DNA from: Prochlorococcus sp. AG-679-M23
GTDB taxonomy: Bacteria > Cyanobacteriota > Cyanobacteriia > PCC-6307 > Cyanobiaceae
DNA length: 64,000 bases
Direction of reading: 5' to 3'
NCBI GenBank assembly: GCA_003208875.1
Contig: QCUR01000006.1
Span: forward strand, 32,001 to 96,000
Within the stretch, counting starts at the first letter, position 1. Each line of letters opens with the position of its first letter. A program made the translations under genes and the position numbers. Shown piece after piece: positions 19,296 through 29,422 of this stretch. The notes beneath the pieces were generated by a model. That model did no database searches, was not told the DNA's origin, and was given only the letters and a program-made list of their open reading frames with translations.

Positions 19296-20825
19296 ATGAA
19301 AGATAAAAAAATTAGTAAATCAATTAAAATGCAAGTCCAGAAAATACCTACTGGAATTGAGGGTTTTGATGATGTTTGTAGAGGAGGCTTGCCTGCTGCC
19401 AGAAGTACTCTTGTCAGTGGGACATCTGGAACTGGTAAAACTGTTTTTTCTCTACAATATTTACATCATGGGATTTGTAATTTTGATGAGCCAGGAATTT
19501 TTATTACCTTTGAAGAATCACCTTTAGATATTATTAGAAATGCAGCTAGCTTTGGTTGGGATTTACAGAAATTAATTGATCAAAATAAACTTTTTATTTT
19601 GGACGCTTCTCCTGATCCTGACGGTCAAGATGTTGCTGGTAATTTTGATCTTTCAGGTTTGATTGAAAGGATTAGTTATGCGATTAGAAAATATAAAGCT
19701 AAGAGAGTAGCGATAGATTCAATAACCGCTGTGTTTCAGCAATATGATGCTATTTATGTTGTTAGAAGAGAAATTTTTAGACTTATTGCGAGATTAAAAG
19801 AAATAGGAGTTACCACCGTAATGACGACAGAAAGGGTCGACGATTATGGCCCAATAGCTCGTTATGGCGTTGAGGAATTTGTATCTGATAATGTCGTACT
19901 ACTTAGAAATGTGCTTGAGGCAGAGAAAAGAAGAAGAACTTTAGAAGTTTTAAAGTTGAGAGGAACCGTACATATGAAAGGAGAATTTCCCTTCACAATG
20001 GGAGATAATGGCATAATTGTTTTTGCCTTAGGAGCGATGAGATTAACGCAAAGATCCTCAAATATAAGAATAAGTTCAGGAGTTAAAGATCTTGATGAAA
20101 TGTGTGGAGGTGGTTATTTTCAGGATTCAATAATTCTGGCAACTGGCGCGACTGGTACAGGTAAAACTATGTTGGTATCAAAGTTTATTGAAGATGCTTA
20201 CAACAATAAAGAAAGAGCTATACTTTTTGCCTATGAAGAATCTAGGGCTCAACTAAATAGAAATGCCACGAGTTGGGGAATAGATTTTGAAAAGATGGAA
20301 AATGAAGGATTATTAAAAATTATTTGTGCATACCCTGAATCAACTGGTTTAGAAGATCACTTACAGATTATAAAATCGCAAATAAATGAATTTAAACCTA
20401 AGAGGTTGGCAATTGACTCTCTCTCTGCATTGGCTAGAGGAGTAAGTTTGAATGCTTTTAGACAATTTGTAATTGGCGTTACTGGTTATTCAAAACAAGA
20501 AGAGATAGCGGGTTTTTTCACAAATACTGCCGAAGAATTTATGGGAAGTCATTCTATTACCGACTCTCATATTTCAACTATCACAGATACGATATTATTA
20601 TTGCAATACGTTGAAATTAAAGGCGAGATGGCAAGAGCCATAAATGTTTTTAAAATGAGAGGCTCGTGGCATGATAAAAGGATAAGAGAATATATAATTA
20701 CTGGCAAAGGCCCGGAAATAAAAGATTCATTTTCTAATTTTGAACAAATATTTAGCGGTGCACCTCATAGAGTTATTTCTGATCAGAGTATTCCAAACGT
20801 TTTTAAAGGAATTGAAAAAAATTAG
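19296..20825 (+). CDS. kaiC: Circadian clock protein KaiC
   Basis: Two RecA-like domains (GTSGTGKT, GATGTGKT) and phosphosite motif DSHISTITDT. Confidence 0.98.
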   Translation: MKDKKISKSIKMQVQKIPTGIEGFDDVCRGGLPAARSTLVSGTSGTGKTVFSLQYLHHGICNFDEPGIFITFEESPLDIIRNAASFGWDLQKLIDQNKLFILDASPDPDGQDVAGNFDLSGLIERISYAIRKYKAKRVAIDSITAVFQQYDAIYVVRREIFRLIARLKEIGVTTVMTTERVDDYGPIARYGVEEFVSDNVVLLRNVLEAEKRRRTLEVLKLRGTVHMKGEFPFTMGDNGIIVFALGAMRLTQRSSNIRISSGVKDLDEMCGGGYFQDSIILATGATGTGKTMLVSKFIEDAYNNKERAILFAYEESRAQLNRNATSWGIDFEKMENEGLLKIICAYPESTGLEDHLQIIKSQINEFKPKRLAIDSLSALARGVSLNAFRQFVIGVTGYSKQEEIAGFFTNTAEEFMGSHSITDSHISTITDTILLLQYVEIKGEMARAINVFKMRGSWHDKRIREYIITGKGPEIKDSFSNFEQIFSGAPHRVISDQSIPNVFKGIEKN

Positions 20826-22891
20826 AATAATTCACTTACTTGAGATTCGGAAAAATTTTCGACATTACTAATAGTTTGAGCGAGCAATTCATCTTTATCA
20901 GATTGTTCTAGGGGTAAATCAAACCAAAATGTTGTTCCTATTCCTAGTTCGCTCGCCATTCGAATTTGCCCACCATGTTTCTCAATTATGCCTCTAACAA
21001 TTGATAATCCTAATCCTGTTCCTTGTTCAGTATGAACAGCATTTTCAACTCTATAAAAACGATCAAATATTTTTTCTTGGTCAGGTTGCGATATACCTGA
21101 ACCATTATCAGCGATCTCAATTCTTACTTTGGGTAAAGGTGAAACTAATTCACATTGAGGAGCATCTTTATTGTTGTTAGGGGGAAAGGCTGGACATGAA
21201 TCAGGCCAAGTATAAGCCCTAATTTTAAGAGTGCTATTTTTCGGACTGAATTTCAAACCATTACCTAGTAAATTATCAAAAACTTGTAATAGTAAGTCGA
21301 AATTTCCAAGAATTGATGGAATATTTTCCTCGATATCATGTGCTAAAGAAACATTCTTTTCAATAGCATTAAGTCTATAATTTCTAAGTGTTTGCTCAAT
21401 AGCTGGTTTAATTTCCATAGGCTCTAATTGAATTATCTTACCTGATTCCAATCTTGATAAATCAAGTACATCATTAACTAGTCTTGTTAATCTATCAGTC
21501 TCTGAATTAGCGATACCCAAAAATTCGAGTTGCTCTTCATTTGAAAGTTGATCTTTTAAATCATATAAAGTCTCTACATAACTTTTTATATTAAAAAGTG
21601 GTGTTCTTAACTCATGAGAAACGTTACTTATAAATCTATTTTGTGCTGCATTAAGTTCAACTTCTCTTGTTAAATCTTGAATTGTTACTGCAATTCCTTT
21701 TAATTCAACTTTATTTGTATCCAAAACAGACTGTAAAACAATTCTTAAAGTCCTTGCAGGTTCGCCGAAGCTGCACCTCAAATCATCATTTTCCTTTTCT
21801 CTTTTTAAAATTGATTCTATATTTGTATGTAAGTCATTAGATAAAATTTCAGGAATTTCATTTAAAAGATATTTACCTTCTAAAAATCTTCCTTCCCAAC
21901 GAAATAGTCTTTTTGCGGTGGGATTAGTTAGAACTATTTTGCCTTTGGAGTCCAGCAGTATTGCACCATCTGCCATTGTTGCTATTAGTGATTGTTGCTT
22001 TATCTGAGCAGCTTTAAGCTCTTCAATATTTGCCTCATCATAATTCTCTAGTTGAGAAGCCATTCGGTTAAAACCTGTAAGTAATTCTCCTAGATCACCA
22101 GTCATTGGTAAAGAGATCCTAGATTTGAAATTGCCTTTTGAAATTTCTCTAACACCTTTTACTAATTCTCTTACAGGCCTGGTAATGGTTAATGCATTAA
22201 ATACCGCGCCAAGTATCACTAAAACCCAAATAGAAATGAAAACTGCTATTGTTACTTCTCTAGTTAATGCAGCACTCGACAAAGCCTTTTTATTAGGTGT
22301 TACTCCCAAAGCTAATGTTCCAAGGTACTTACCTTTCCACAGCATTGGTACAAATACATCTGTGACTTGTCCTTGAGGGGTGACATGCTGTCTTACCAAA
22401 GGAAATTGAGGTCTCTTCTTTAATTCTGTTGGTAATTTTAATCTTCTAGTTAATTGAAATTGGTTATCTGAACTTGTAGGTGTAGCACTTATTGGAATTC
22501 CAAGTTGAACAATATCTTCAGCATCAGTAAAAAAAATGTAACGTAAATTTCTACTTGATCTCCAAAACTTTTCTGCAACATTGGATATCTCTTTCCTTTG
22601 ATTATTTGCAACTAGTTCAGTCACATTACCTGATAGTAGAAGTCCTAGATCTCGTGCGTATCTTGTGTCATTCATACCGGCATCTCTTTGAATACTATTA
22701 AGAGCAAAAAATGTTATGCCAGTCATTAGAAGACTCACAACAAGAGTTGCTATAGCTAATAGTTTTGTTCTTAAACTAAAACCACTCCACCAAGTTAAAA
22801 CCCTGTTTGACCAGTGGTCAGAACTATGATCATCAATAAATTTTTTTGAAGGAGTATGTTTCATCTTATTAGGTTCATTGCTATCTATCAT
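20822..22891 (-). CDS. nblS: Sensor histidine kinase NblS/Hik33 (TM-HAMP-PAS-HisKA-HATPase)
   Basis: ISNVSHELRTPLFNIKS, DNLLGNGLKF and GTGLGLSIV motifs, with HAMP and PAS regions and cyanobacterial Hik33 architecture. Confidence 0.9.
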   Translation of the reverse strand: MIDSNEPNKMKHTPSKKFIDDHSSDHWSNRVLTWWSGFSLRTKLLAIATLVVSLLMTGITFFALNSIQRDAGMNDTRYARDLGLLLSGNVTELVANNQRKEISNVAEKFWRSSRNLRYIFFTDAEDIVQLGIPISATPTSSDNQFQLTRRLKLPTELKKRPQFPLVRQHVTPQGQVTDVFVPMLWKGKYLGTLALGVTPNKKALSSAALTREVTIAVFISIWVLVILGAVFNALTITRPVRELVKGVREISKGNFKSRISLPMTGDLGELLTGFNRMASQLENYDEANIEELKAAQIKQQSLIATMADGAILLDSKGKIVLTNPTAKRLFRWEGRFLEGKYLLNEIPEILSNDLHTNIESILKREKENDDLRCSFGEPARTLRIVLQSVLDTNKVELKGIAVTIQDLTREVELNAAQNRFISNVSHELRTPLFNIKSYVETLYDLKDQLSNEEQLEFLGIANSETDRLTRLVNDVLDLSRLESGKIIQLEPMEIKPAIEQTLRNYRLNAIEKNVSLAHDIEENIPSILGNFDLLLQVFDNLLGNGLKFSPKNSTLKIRAYTWPDSCPAFPPNNNKDAPQCELVSPLPKVRIEIADNGSGISQPDQEKIFDRFYRVENAVHTEQGTGLGLSIVRGIIEKHGGQIRMASELGIGTTFWFDLPLEQSDKDELLAQTISNVENFSESQVSELF

Positions 22892-24229
22892 TTAGTTGGT
22901 CCTGTCAACAATTTTTTTTATCCTGACTTGATGACCAATATCTTTTCTATAGTAAATCCCTTCAAAACTTATTTCTTTTAAATTCTTATAAGCCTTTTCA
23001 AATACCTTATTAAAATCTTCTCCTTGACAAACAATACTAAGAACTCTCCCTCCATCCGTAATAAATTCACCTTTAGAATTTAATGATGTTCCAGAATCGA
23101 AGATTTGACAATGTTCAAAGTCAATATTGCCGTAAGTTATCGGAAAACCTTTTTCATAATTATGAGGGTAACCTTTTGAAGTTGCAATTACACAACCGCT
23201 GAATTTATTCGACATTTTAATTTTTTCGTTTCCGAGAAGATTACCCTTGGCACATTTTTGTAAGAGAATCACAAAGTCTTTGTCCATTAAGGGCATTATT
23301 GTTTGGCATTCAGGATCGCCAAATCTACAATTATATTCTATAACTTTTGGGCCTGATTTTGTGATCATTAAGCCAAAATATAGAACCCCTTTGTAGTCGA
23401 TATTCTTCCGCAACAATGAATCAATTGTAGGCTCAATTATTTCCTTAGTAATGGTTTCAAGAAGACTTTTTGTCATCATTGGAGTAGGAGAATAAGCCCC
23501 CATTCCACCTGTATTTGGCCCTTTATCATTCTCATTAAGTCGTTTATGATCTTGAGCTGTAGGAAGTAAAACATATTTCTTTCCATCGCAAAGAGCAAAA
23601 ACCGAAACTTCTGGACCCTCAATTTTCTCTTCCAAAACAATTATTTCGCCAGCATTACCAAATTTTCCCTTAAATATTTCTTCCGTAGCATTTATAGATG
23701 CTTCTTTTGATTCAGGGATGAAAACTCCTTTCCCTGAAGCTAATCCGTCAGCTTTTACAACTAATGGATTTGGAGATTTAAAGATAATTTTTTTTGCTTC
23801 CTTTAATGACTTAACTTTCCAAAAATTTGCAGTGGGAATATTTGCGTCTTTCATAAATTCCTTTGCCCAAGATTTACTTGATTCTAATTTAGCTCCATCT
23901 GGTCCAGGCCCAAACACATCAAAGTTATTTCTCCGAAGAACCTCCCCTAAGCCCTGTGCTAAAGGCGTCTCTGGTCCTATTACTACTAAGTCAATATTTA
24001 GAAATTTTAGTTTTGAGGTTAATACTTTAGTATTATTTAAATCTAAATTAATTCTCTCAGATTTATTTATTTTTTTTGAACCAGCATTACCTGGGAGTAG
24101 ATAAATTTTCTTGATTAAGTCATTTTTTTGAATAGCCCATGCTAATGCGTTTTCTCGACCACCATTACCAATTATTAAAATATTTTCTAATTTATTAGAA
24201 CTTTTAGAGTTGATTGTATTAATACTCAT
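22892..24229 (-). CDS. purD: Phosphoribosylamine--glycine ligase
   Basis: GNGGRE, KADGLASGKGV, QDHKRL, GPNTGGMG and EYNCRFGDPE motifs. Confidence 0.97.
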   Translation of the reverse strand: MSINTINSKSSNKLENILIIGNGGRENALAWAIQKNDLIKKIYLLPGNAGSKKINKSERINLDLNNTKVLTSKLKFLNIDLVVIGPETPLAQGLGEVLRRNNFDVFGPGPDGAKLESSKSWAKEFMKDANIPTANFWKVKSLKEAKKIIFKSPNPLVVKADGLASGKGVFIPESKEASINATEEIFKGKFGNAGEIIVLEEKIEGPEVSVFALCDGKKYVLLPTAQDHKRLNENDKGPNTGGMGAYSPTPMMTKSLLETITKEIIEPTIDSLLRKNIDYKGVLYFGLMITKSGPKVIEYNCRFGDPECQTIMPLMDKDFVILLQKCAKGNLLGNEKIKMSNKFSGCVIATSKGYPHNYEKGFPITYGNIDFEHCQIFDSGTSLNSKGEFITDGGRVLSIVCQGEDFNKVFEKAYKNLKEISFEGIYYRKDIGHQVRIKKIVDRTN

Positions 24230-24362
24230 GAATGGGTTCTTTATATATAATAGTGTTTGAAATGTATTTCAATTAAAAATAGATCCTTTAGTCTATTAAA
24301 CATTTCTATTGCTAGCAAATAATTAAATTATATTCTATTTTTAGTTCTCAAAGGGGTTTTTA

Positions 24363-25091
24363 ATGAATAGTAAATTAAAGTTTATTTATGAAGGTAAAGC
24401 AAAAAAAATATTTGCTTATGAGGATTCAGATAAAGTATTAATTGAATTCAAAGATGATGCCACAGCTTTTAATGCATTGAAGAAAGCTAAGTTTGAGGGT
24501 AAAGGAGAATTGAATTGTCTTATAAGTTCAAAAATATTTGAGTTTCTTATAAAAAACAACATACCAACGCATTACATTGGGCTCAAAAATAATAATTCAA
24601 TGATTGCTCAAAAAATAAAAATCATCCCCCTTGAAGTTGTTCTTAGAAATACCGCATATGGATCTCTGTGTAAACAGACGACAATCAAGCCAGGAGCAGT
24701 TTTGGAAAGCCCCTTGATTGATTTTTATCTTAAAAATGATACTCTTAATGATCCTCTTCTAACAAAAGATAGAATTAATTTATTGAAGATAGTTGATGAT
24801 GAGGAATTAGACTTTATAAGTAATATGACATTAAAGATTAATAAACTTCTCAAAACATTCTTCTTCAATATCAAATTAGATCTTGTGGATTTTAAATTAG
24901 AGTTTGGCTATAACTCTAAGGGGCAAATCGTTTTAGGTGATGAGATCAGTCCTGATAATTGCCGATTATGGGATCTTAATCAAAAAAATGGTATGATAGT
25001 AAGCCTTGATAAAGATAGATTTAGAAATGATTTAGGTGGCTTTATTGAAGCCTATAGTGAAATTAATAAAAGAATAAACAATTTTATTTAA
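24363..25091 (+). CDS. purC: SAICAR synthase
   Basis: YEGKAK, FKDDATAF, LVDFKLEFG and DEISPDNCRLWD motifs. Confidence 0.97.
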   Translation: MNSKLKFIYEGKAKKIFAYEDSDKVLIEFKDDATAFNALKKAKFEGKGELNCLISSKIFEFLIKNNIPTHYIGLKNNNSMIAQKIKIIPLEVVLRNTAYGSLCKQTTIKPGAVLESPLIDFYLKNDTLNDPLLTKDRINLLKIVDDEELDFISNMTLKINKLLKTFFFNIKLDLVDFKLEFGYNSKGQIVLGDEISPDNCRLWDLNQKNGMIVSLDKDRFRNDLGGFIEAYSEINKRINNFI

Positions 25092-25129
25092 TTCAAACGA
25101 CTCTTCATCTATCTAGTTTTTAAAATATT

Positions 25130-27274
25130 ATGCGAAATAATCTTTCAAAATTTACAAAAGCTTTTACAAGCATGGCTTGTTTCTCTTTTATTTTTATTTC
25201 AAATAATTCAGAATTAGCAGCTAGGCATTTGCTTAATAAAGAAGGAGAATTTAAAAAAATTAAAATTAATAATAAAAATACAAATCAATACTTAAATGAT
25301 CCGATATCAGTTTTTAATTTTGCGAATAAGAATAATGTGTTAATCGTAGATAATGGTGAAAGAGATTCTGAAGAGAATGTGCTCATTTCAGAAATAATTA
25401 TTGAAGGATGGGAAAATCATCCTGAAGGTAGAAAGTTAGAGTTAGCAGCCTATGATTCTATGACTATCAAGCCTGGAAGCGTTATTAATAATAAAAAATT
25501 AAATAATGATTTAAATTCAATCTATGCAAGTGGTTGGTTCTCAGGCGTAAAGATTAAGTCTGAAGATGGTCCACTAGGAGTAAGGCTGATAGTAAGCGTT
25601 GTGCCTAATCCAATCCTAAAAAAAGTCAAACTTAACCCGAAAAATACAATTATTCCTAATGAATTTTTGGACAATGTTTTTACTAAGTATTATGGAACCA
25701 CTTTGAATTTAAATGAACTTCAAAATAGAATAAATTTGATTAAAAAATGGTACACCGAAAAGGGTTATTCTCTTTCAAGAATAAATGGTCCTGAAAGAAT
25801 CTCTGGTGATGGAATTGTCATTTTAAATGTAGACGAAGGAATAGTTTCAGATATTGAATTAAGGTTTATTGGCTCAGATGGAGAATCTATTGTAGATGGG
25901 AAGCCTAGGAAAGGTAAAACAAAAGATTGGGTCATAAAGAGAGAATTGAAGACAATACCAGGCTCTATATTTAATAGAACAATATTAGAAGCCGATATAA
26001 AAAGACTTTATGCCACATCCCTGTTTGATGATGTCAAAGTTTCTCTTGGTCCGGATACTAAAAATCCTGGAAAAGTTATAATTTTCTTAGATTTGAGTGA
26101 GCAAAGAACAGGTTCCCTAACAGGTGGTTTAGGGTACAGTAATGGTTCTGGTGTCTTTGCACAAATTGGATTGTCAGAAACTAATGCTTTAGGAAGAGCA
26201 TGGTCAACAAATATCAATCTTAATTTTGGTGAATACTCAACAACTTATAATTTTTCATTATCTGACCCTTGGATAAAAGGTGATAAGTATAAGACTTCTT
26301 TTAGGACAAATGTTTTTTTAAGTCGAGATTATCCTCAAGAATTTAAAAGTGAAAAAAATGGAAGAATTTATGCTGTCGATGATACTACATCTGAGAGTAC
26401 AGATTCTTTTTCATCAATAGTTCTAGAAAAAACAGGCGGTGGATTCTCATTCTCAAGGCCTCTTAACGGTGGAGATCCTTTTAGAGAAACAAAATGGAGA
26501 GTTCTTGCAGGGATGAATTTTAAACAAGTAAAAATGATTGATAGTGACGGAAATAAAAAACCTTATGGAACTACGAAACCAACAACCGCAAATATTAGTG
26601 AAATTATTTGTATTGGTTATTCACCTAAAGATGGTTCATGCCCTTCTGAAAATACATTAGTTAGTTTTATTGGCTCGACCACAAGGAATAGTTTTAATAA
26701 TTCAATTAATCCAACTTCAGGAAATAAATTAAGTCTTGGTAGTGAACAATTTATTTCAATGGGAAATAACTCTCCGACTTTTAATAGAATAAGAGCTACA
26801 TATGCATTTTTTATCCCAACAAAATTGATTAACCTTACTAAAGGATGTAAGTCTAGTGAGATTGTTAATAGTGATTGCCCTCAAACTATTGGATTCGAAT
26901 TTAAAGCTGGAACAATTATTGGGGATTTACCTCCTTATGAAGCATTTTGTATGGGAGGTTCTTCCTCTGTGAGAGGTTGGGGCTCATGTGATCTTTCTGT
27001 GAGTAAAAGTTTTGTGGAAGCAACTGCTGAATACCGCTTCCCCGTCTGGAGAATGATATCAGGAGCTTTATTCGCTGATTTTGGAAGTGATTTAGGATCC
27101 CAGGATGACGTTCCAGGTAAACCAGGTAAATTATTACAAAAATCGGGTTCTGGTTATTCTCTAGGAGGAGGGGTCGGTATTAAGACACCAATTGGACCTC
27201 TAAGATTGGATGTCGCAAGTAAAGACTTAAGTGGTGATTGGAGATATACTCTTGGAGTTGGATGGAAATTTTAA
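25130..27274 (+). CDS. bamA: Omp85/BamA family outer membrane protein
   Basis: POTRA domains, GGSSSVRGW loop, TPIGPLRLD and C-terminal WKF. Confidence 0.9.
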   Translation: MRNNLSKFTKAFTSMACFSFIFISNNSELAARHLLNKEGEFKKIKINNKNTNQYLNDPISVFNFANKNNVLIVDNGERDSEENVLISEIIIEGWENHPEGRKLELAAYDSMTIKPGSVINNKKLNNDLNSIYASGWFSGVKIKSEDGPLGVRLIVSVVPNPILKKVKLNPKNTIIPNEFLDNVFTKYYGTTLNLNELQNRINLIKKWYTEKGYSLSRINGPERISGDGIVILNVDEGIVSDIELRFIGSDGESIVDGKPRKGKTKDWVIKRELKTIPGSIFNRTILEADIKRLYATSLFDDVKVSLGPDTKNPGKVIIFLDLSEQRTGSLTGGLGYSNGSGVFAQIGLSETNALGRAWSTNINLNFGEYSTTYNFSLSDPWIKGDKYKTSFRTNVFLSRDYPQEFKSEKNGRIYAVDDTTSESTDSFSSIVLEKTGGGFSFSRPLNGGDPFRETKWRVLAGMNFKQVKMIDSDGNKKPYGTTKPTTANISEIICIGYSPKDGSCPSENTLVSFIGSTTRNSFNNSINPTSGNKLSLGSEQFISMGNNSPTFNRIRATYAFFIPTKLINLTKGCKSSEIVNSDCPQTIGFEFKAGTIIGDLPPYEAFCMGGSSSVRGWGSCDLSVSKSFVEATAEYRFPVWRMISGALFADFGSDLGSQDDVPGKPGKLLQKSGSGYSLGGGVGIKTPIGPLRLDVASKDLSGDWRYTLGVGWKF

Positions 27275-28111
27275 GTGTTTTCTTGGCCTTCTAATTATGA
27301 TTCCTGTTACACACTCTCTGGTGTTATCACTAAAGAGGGTGTAGGACTTCATAGTGGTGAAAAAACAAGAATAAAAATTTCACCGTTTGAAAAAGAGGGA
27401 TATTATGTTTCTTTCTCTGACAAGCCTGACGAAATTTTTAAGTTAAATCAAGATTTAATTGGCAGTACTATGTTATGTACTGCAGTCAAATTAGCCGGAA
27501 GAAATTTATATACAATTGAACACTTATTAGCGTCATTGGCAGGTTGTGGATTGAGTTATATTCATATCGAAGTTGATGGGAAGGAAATCCCATTGCTTGA
27601 TGGATCAGCAATCCAATGGGTTAGGGCATTTGAAGAGGTCGGTATTAAAAGAGTTCCTAATCCAAAAAACTTTATAAAAGAGATAAATCAATCAATGATA
27701 TTTAATAAAGATACTTCAGTTATCGCATTAACTCCATCTAATAAAATTACAATTATCTCAACTATAAATTTTTCTTATAAAGCAATTGGAAATCAAACTT
27801 ACGTAATAGATTTAAATCCAAATTGTTTTGTGGAAAATATTGCACCTGCTCGTACATTTGGTTTTAAGGACCAATTTCAAGAATTAAGTGAATTAGGATT
27901 AATAAAAGGGGGCAGTTTAGAAAATGCCCTCGTATGTGATGGGGATAAATGGGTTAATCCTCCATTAAGATTTAGTAATGAACCTATAAGACATAAAATT
28001 TTAGATCTTATTGGGGACTTAGCTTTGGTAGGGTTACCTAAGGCTCAAATTTTAGTCTATAAAGGATCACATTCTTTGAATGCTTTATTGGCCTCATCAC
28101 TAAAAAATTAA
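27275..28111 (+). CDS. lpxC: UDP-3-O-acyl-N-acetylglucosamine deacetylase
   Basis: GVGLHSG, TIEHLLA, PLLDGSA, ARTFGF and RHKILDLIGD motifs. Confidence 0.97.
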   Translation: MFSWPSNYDSCYTLSGVITKEGVGLHSGEKTRIKISPFEKEGYYVSFSDKPDEIFKLNQDLIGSTMLCTAVKLAGRNLYTIEHLLASLAGCGLSYIHIEVDGKEIPLLDGSAIQWVRAFEEVGIKRVPNPKNFIKEINQSMIFNKDTSVIALTPSNKITIISTINFSYKAIGNQTYVIDLNPNCFVENIAPARTFGFKDQFQELSELGLIKGGSLENALVCDGDKWVNPPLRFSNEPIRHKILDLIGDLALVGLPKAQILVYKGSHSLNALLASSLKN

Positions 28112-28128
28112 CTTTATTTTCTTAAGTT

Positions 28129-28587
28129 TTGGAACAACAATTATCGACTGAAAATAATCAACTATCTTCTGAGGAAATATTAGGTCTTTTGCCTCATAGA
28201 TTTCCTTTTGCTCTTATAGATAGAGTTATAGAACATGTCCCAGGCAAAAAAGCTGTTGCATTGAAAAATGTGACTATAAATGAGCCTCAATTTCAGGGGC
28301 ATTTCCCAGAGAGACCTTTAATGCCTGGGGTGCTTATTGTTGAATCAATGGCTCAAGTGGGGGGAATAATCGTAACTCAAATGCCTGACCTTCCCAAAGG
28401 ACTTTTTGTATTTGCAGGTATTAATAATGTCAAATTTAGAAGGCCAGTAGTACCTGGAGACCAATTAGTAATTACTTGCGAGTTATTAAGTATAAAAAGA
28501 CAAAGATTTGGGAAGGTAAAAGGTGAAGCTCATGTTGATGGGAAGTTGGTTTGCTCAGGCGAATTAATGTTTTCATTAGTTGATTAA
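28129..28587 (+). CDS. fabZ: 3-hydroxyacyl-ACP dehydratase
   Basis: LPHRFPF and [15 protein letters not shown] motifs. Confidence 0.97.
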   Translation: MEQQLSTENNQLSSEEILGLLPHRFPFALIDRVIEHVPGKKAVALKNVTINEPQFQGHFPERPLMPGVLIVESMAQVGGIIVTQMPDLPKGLFVFAGINNVKFRRPVVPGDQLVITCELLSIKRQRFGKVKGEAHVDGKLVCSGELMFSLVD

Positions 28588-28591
28588 AAAC

Positions 28592-29422
28592 ATGGAGATT
28601 AAAAATACTAATTTTAAAGGTGCAATAGTTCATCCAAATGCATTTGTTGATTCAAGCGCAGAGTTACATGATGGAGTTTCTATTGCTAGTGGAGCTATTA
28701 TCGGGCCAAACGTCGTAATAGATTCAGGTACTCAAATAGGCCCTAATGCTGTTATTGAAGGTAAAACAAAAATAGGTAAAAATAATAAAGTTTTTCCAAA
28801 TGTTTTTATTGGACTTGAACCTCAAGACCTTAAATATAAGGGTGCATCTACAGAGGTAGTTATTGGGGATAATAATACTTTTAGAGAATGTGTAACTATT
28901 AATAAAGCAACTGACGAAGGAGAAAAAACAATTATTGGTAATAATAATTTATTAATGGCCTATACACATATTGGTCATAATTGTGAACTTGGCAATGGAA
29001 TAGTTTTATCAAATAGTGTTCAAGTTGCTGGCCATGTAAAAGTTGAAGATAAAGCAATTATTGGAGGTTGTTTAGGTATCCATCAATTTGTTCATGTAGG
29101 GTATCTCGCAATGATAGGCGGGATGACAAGAGTTGATAGAGATGTTCCTCCTTTTTGCTTGGTAGAAGGACATCCTGGAAGATTGAGAGGCTTAAATAGA
29201 GTAGGAATAAAAAGAAGCGGGTTAATGGAAAATAAAGAGTTTGATTTAAAATTATTGCAAGATACATGGAATCTATTATTTAAATCTAATGATGTAATTT
29301 CTGTTTCATTGGAGATAGCGATGAAAGAGAAATTAGACCTTTCTTCTACCAAGCTTTGTAATTTTTTAAAAGATTCAATATCTAAGAAAAGAAGAGGACC
29401 AATGCCTTCAATTAATTTATGA
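28592..29422 (+). CDS. lpxA: Acyl-ACP--UDP-GlcNAc O-acyltransferase
   Basis: Hexapeptide repeats, PQDLKY, HIGHNC and HQFVHVG motifs. Probable start is ATG 28592. Confidence 0.96.
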   Translation: MEIKNTNFKGAIVHPNAFVDSSAELHDGVSIASGAIIGPNVVIDSGTQIGPNAVIEGKTKIGKNNKVFPNVFIGLEPQDLKYKGASTEVVIGDNNTFRECVTINKATDEGEKTIIGNNNLLMAYTHIGHNCELGNGIVLSNSVQVAGHVKVEDKAIIGGCLGIHQFVHVGYLAMIGGMTRVDRDVPPFCLVEGHPGRLRGLNRVGIKRSGLMENKEFDLKLLQDTWNLLFKSNDVISVSLEIAMKEKLDLSSTKLCNFLKDSISKKRRGPMPSINL

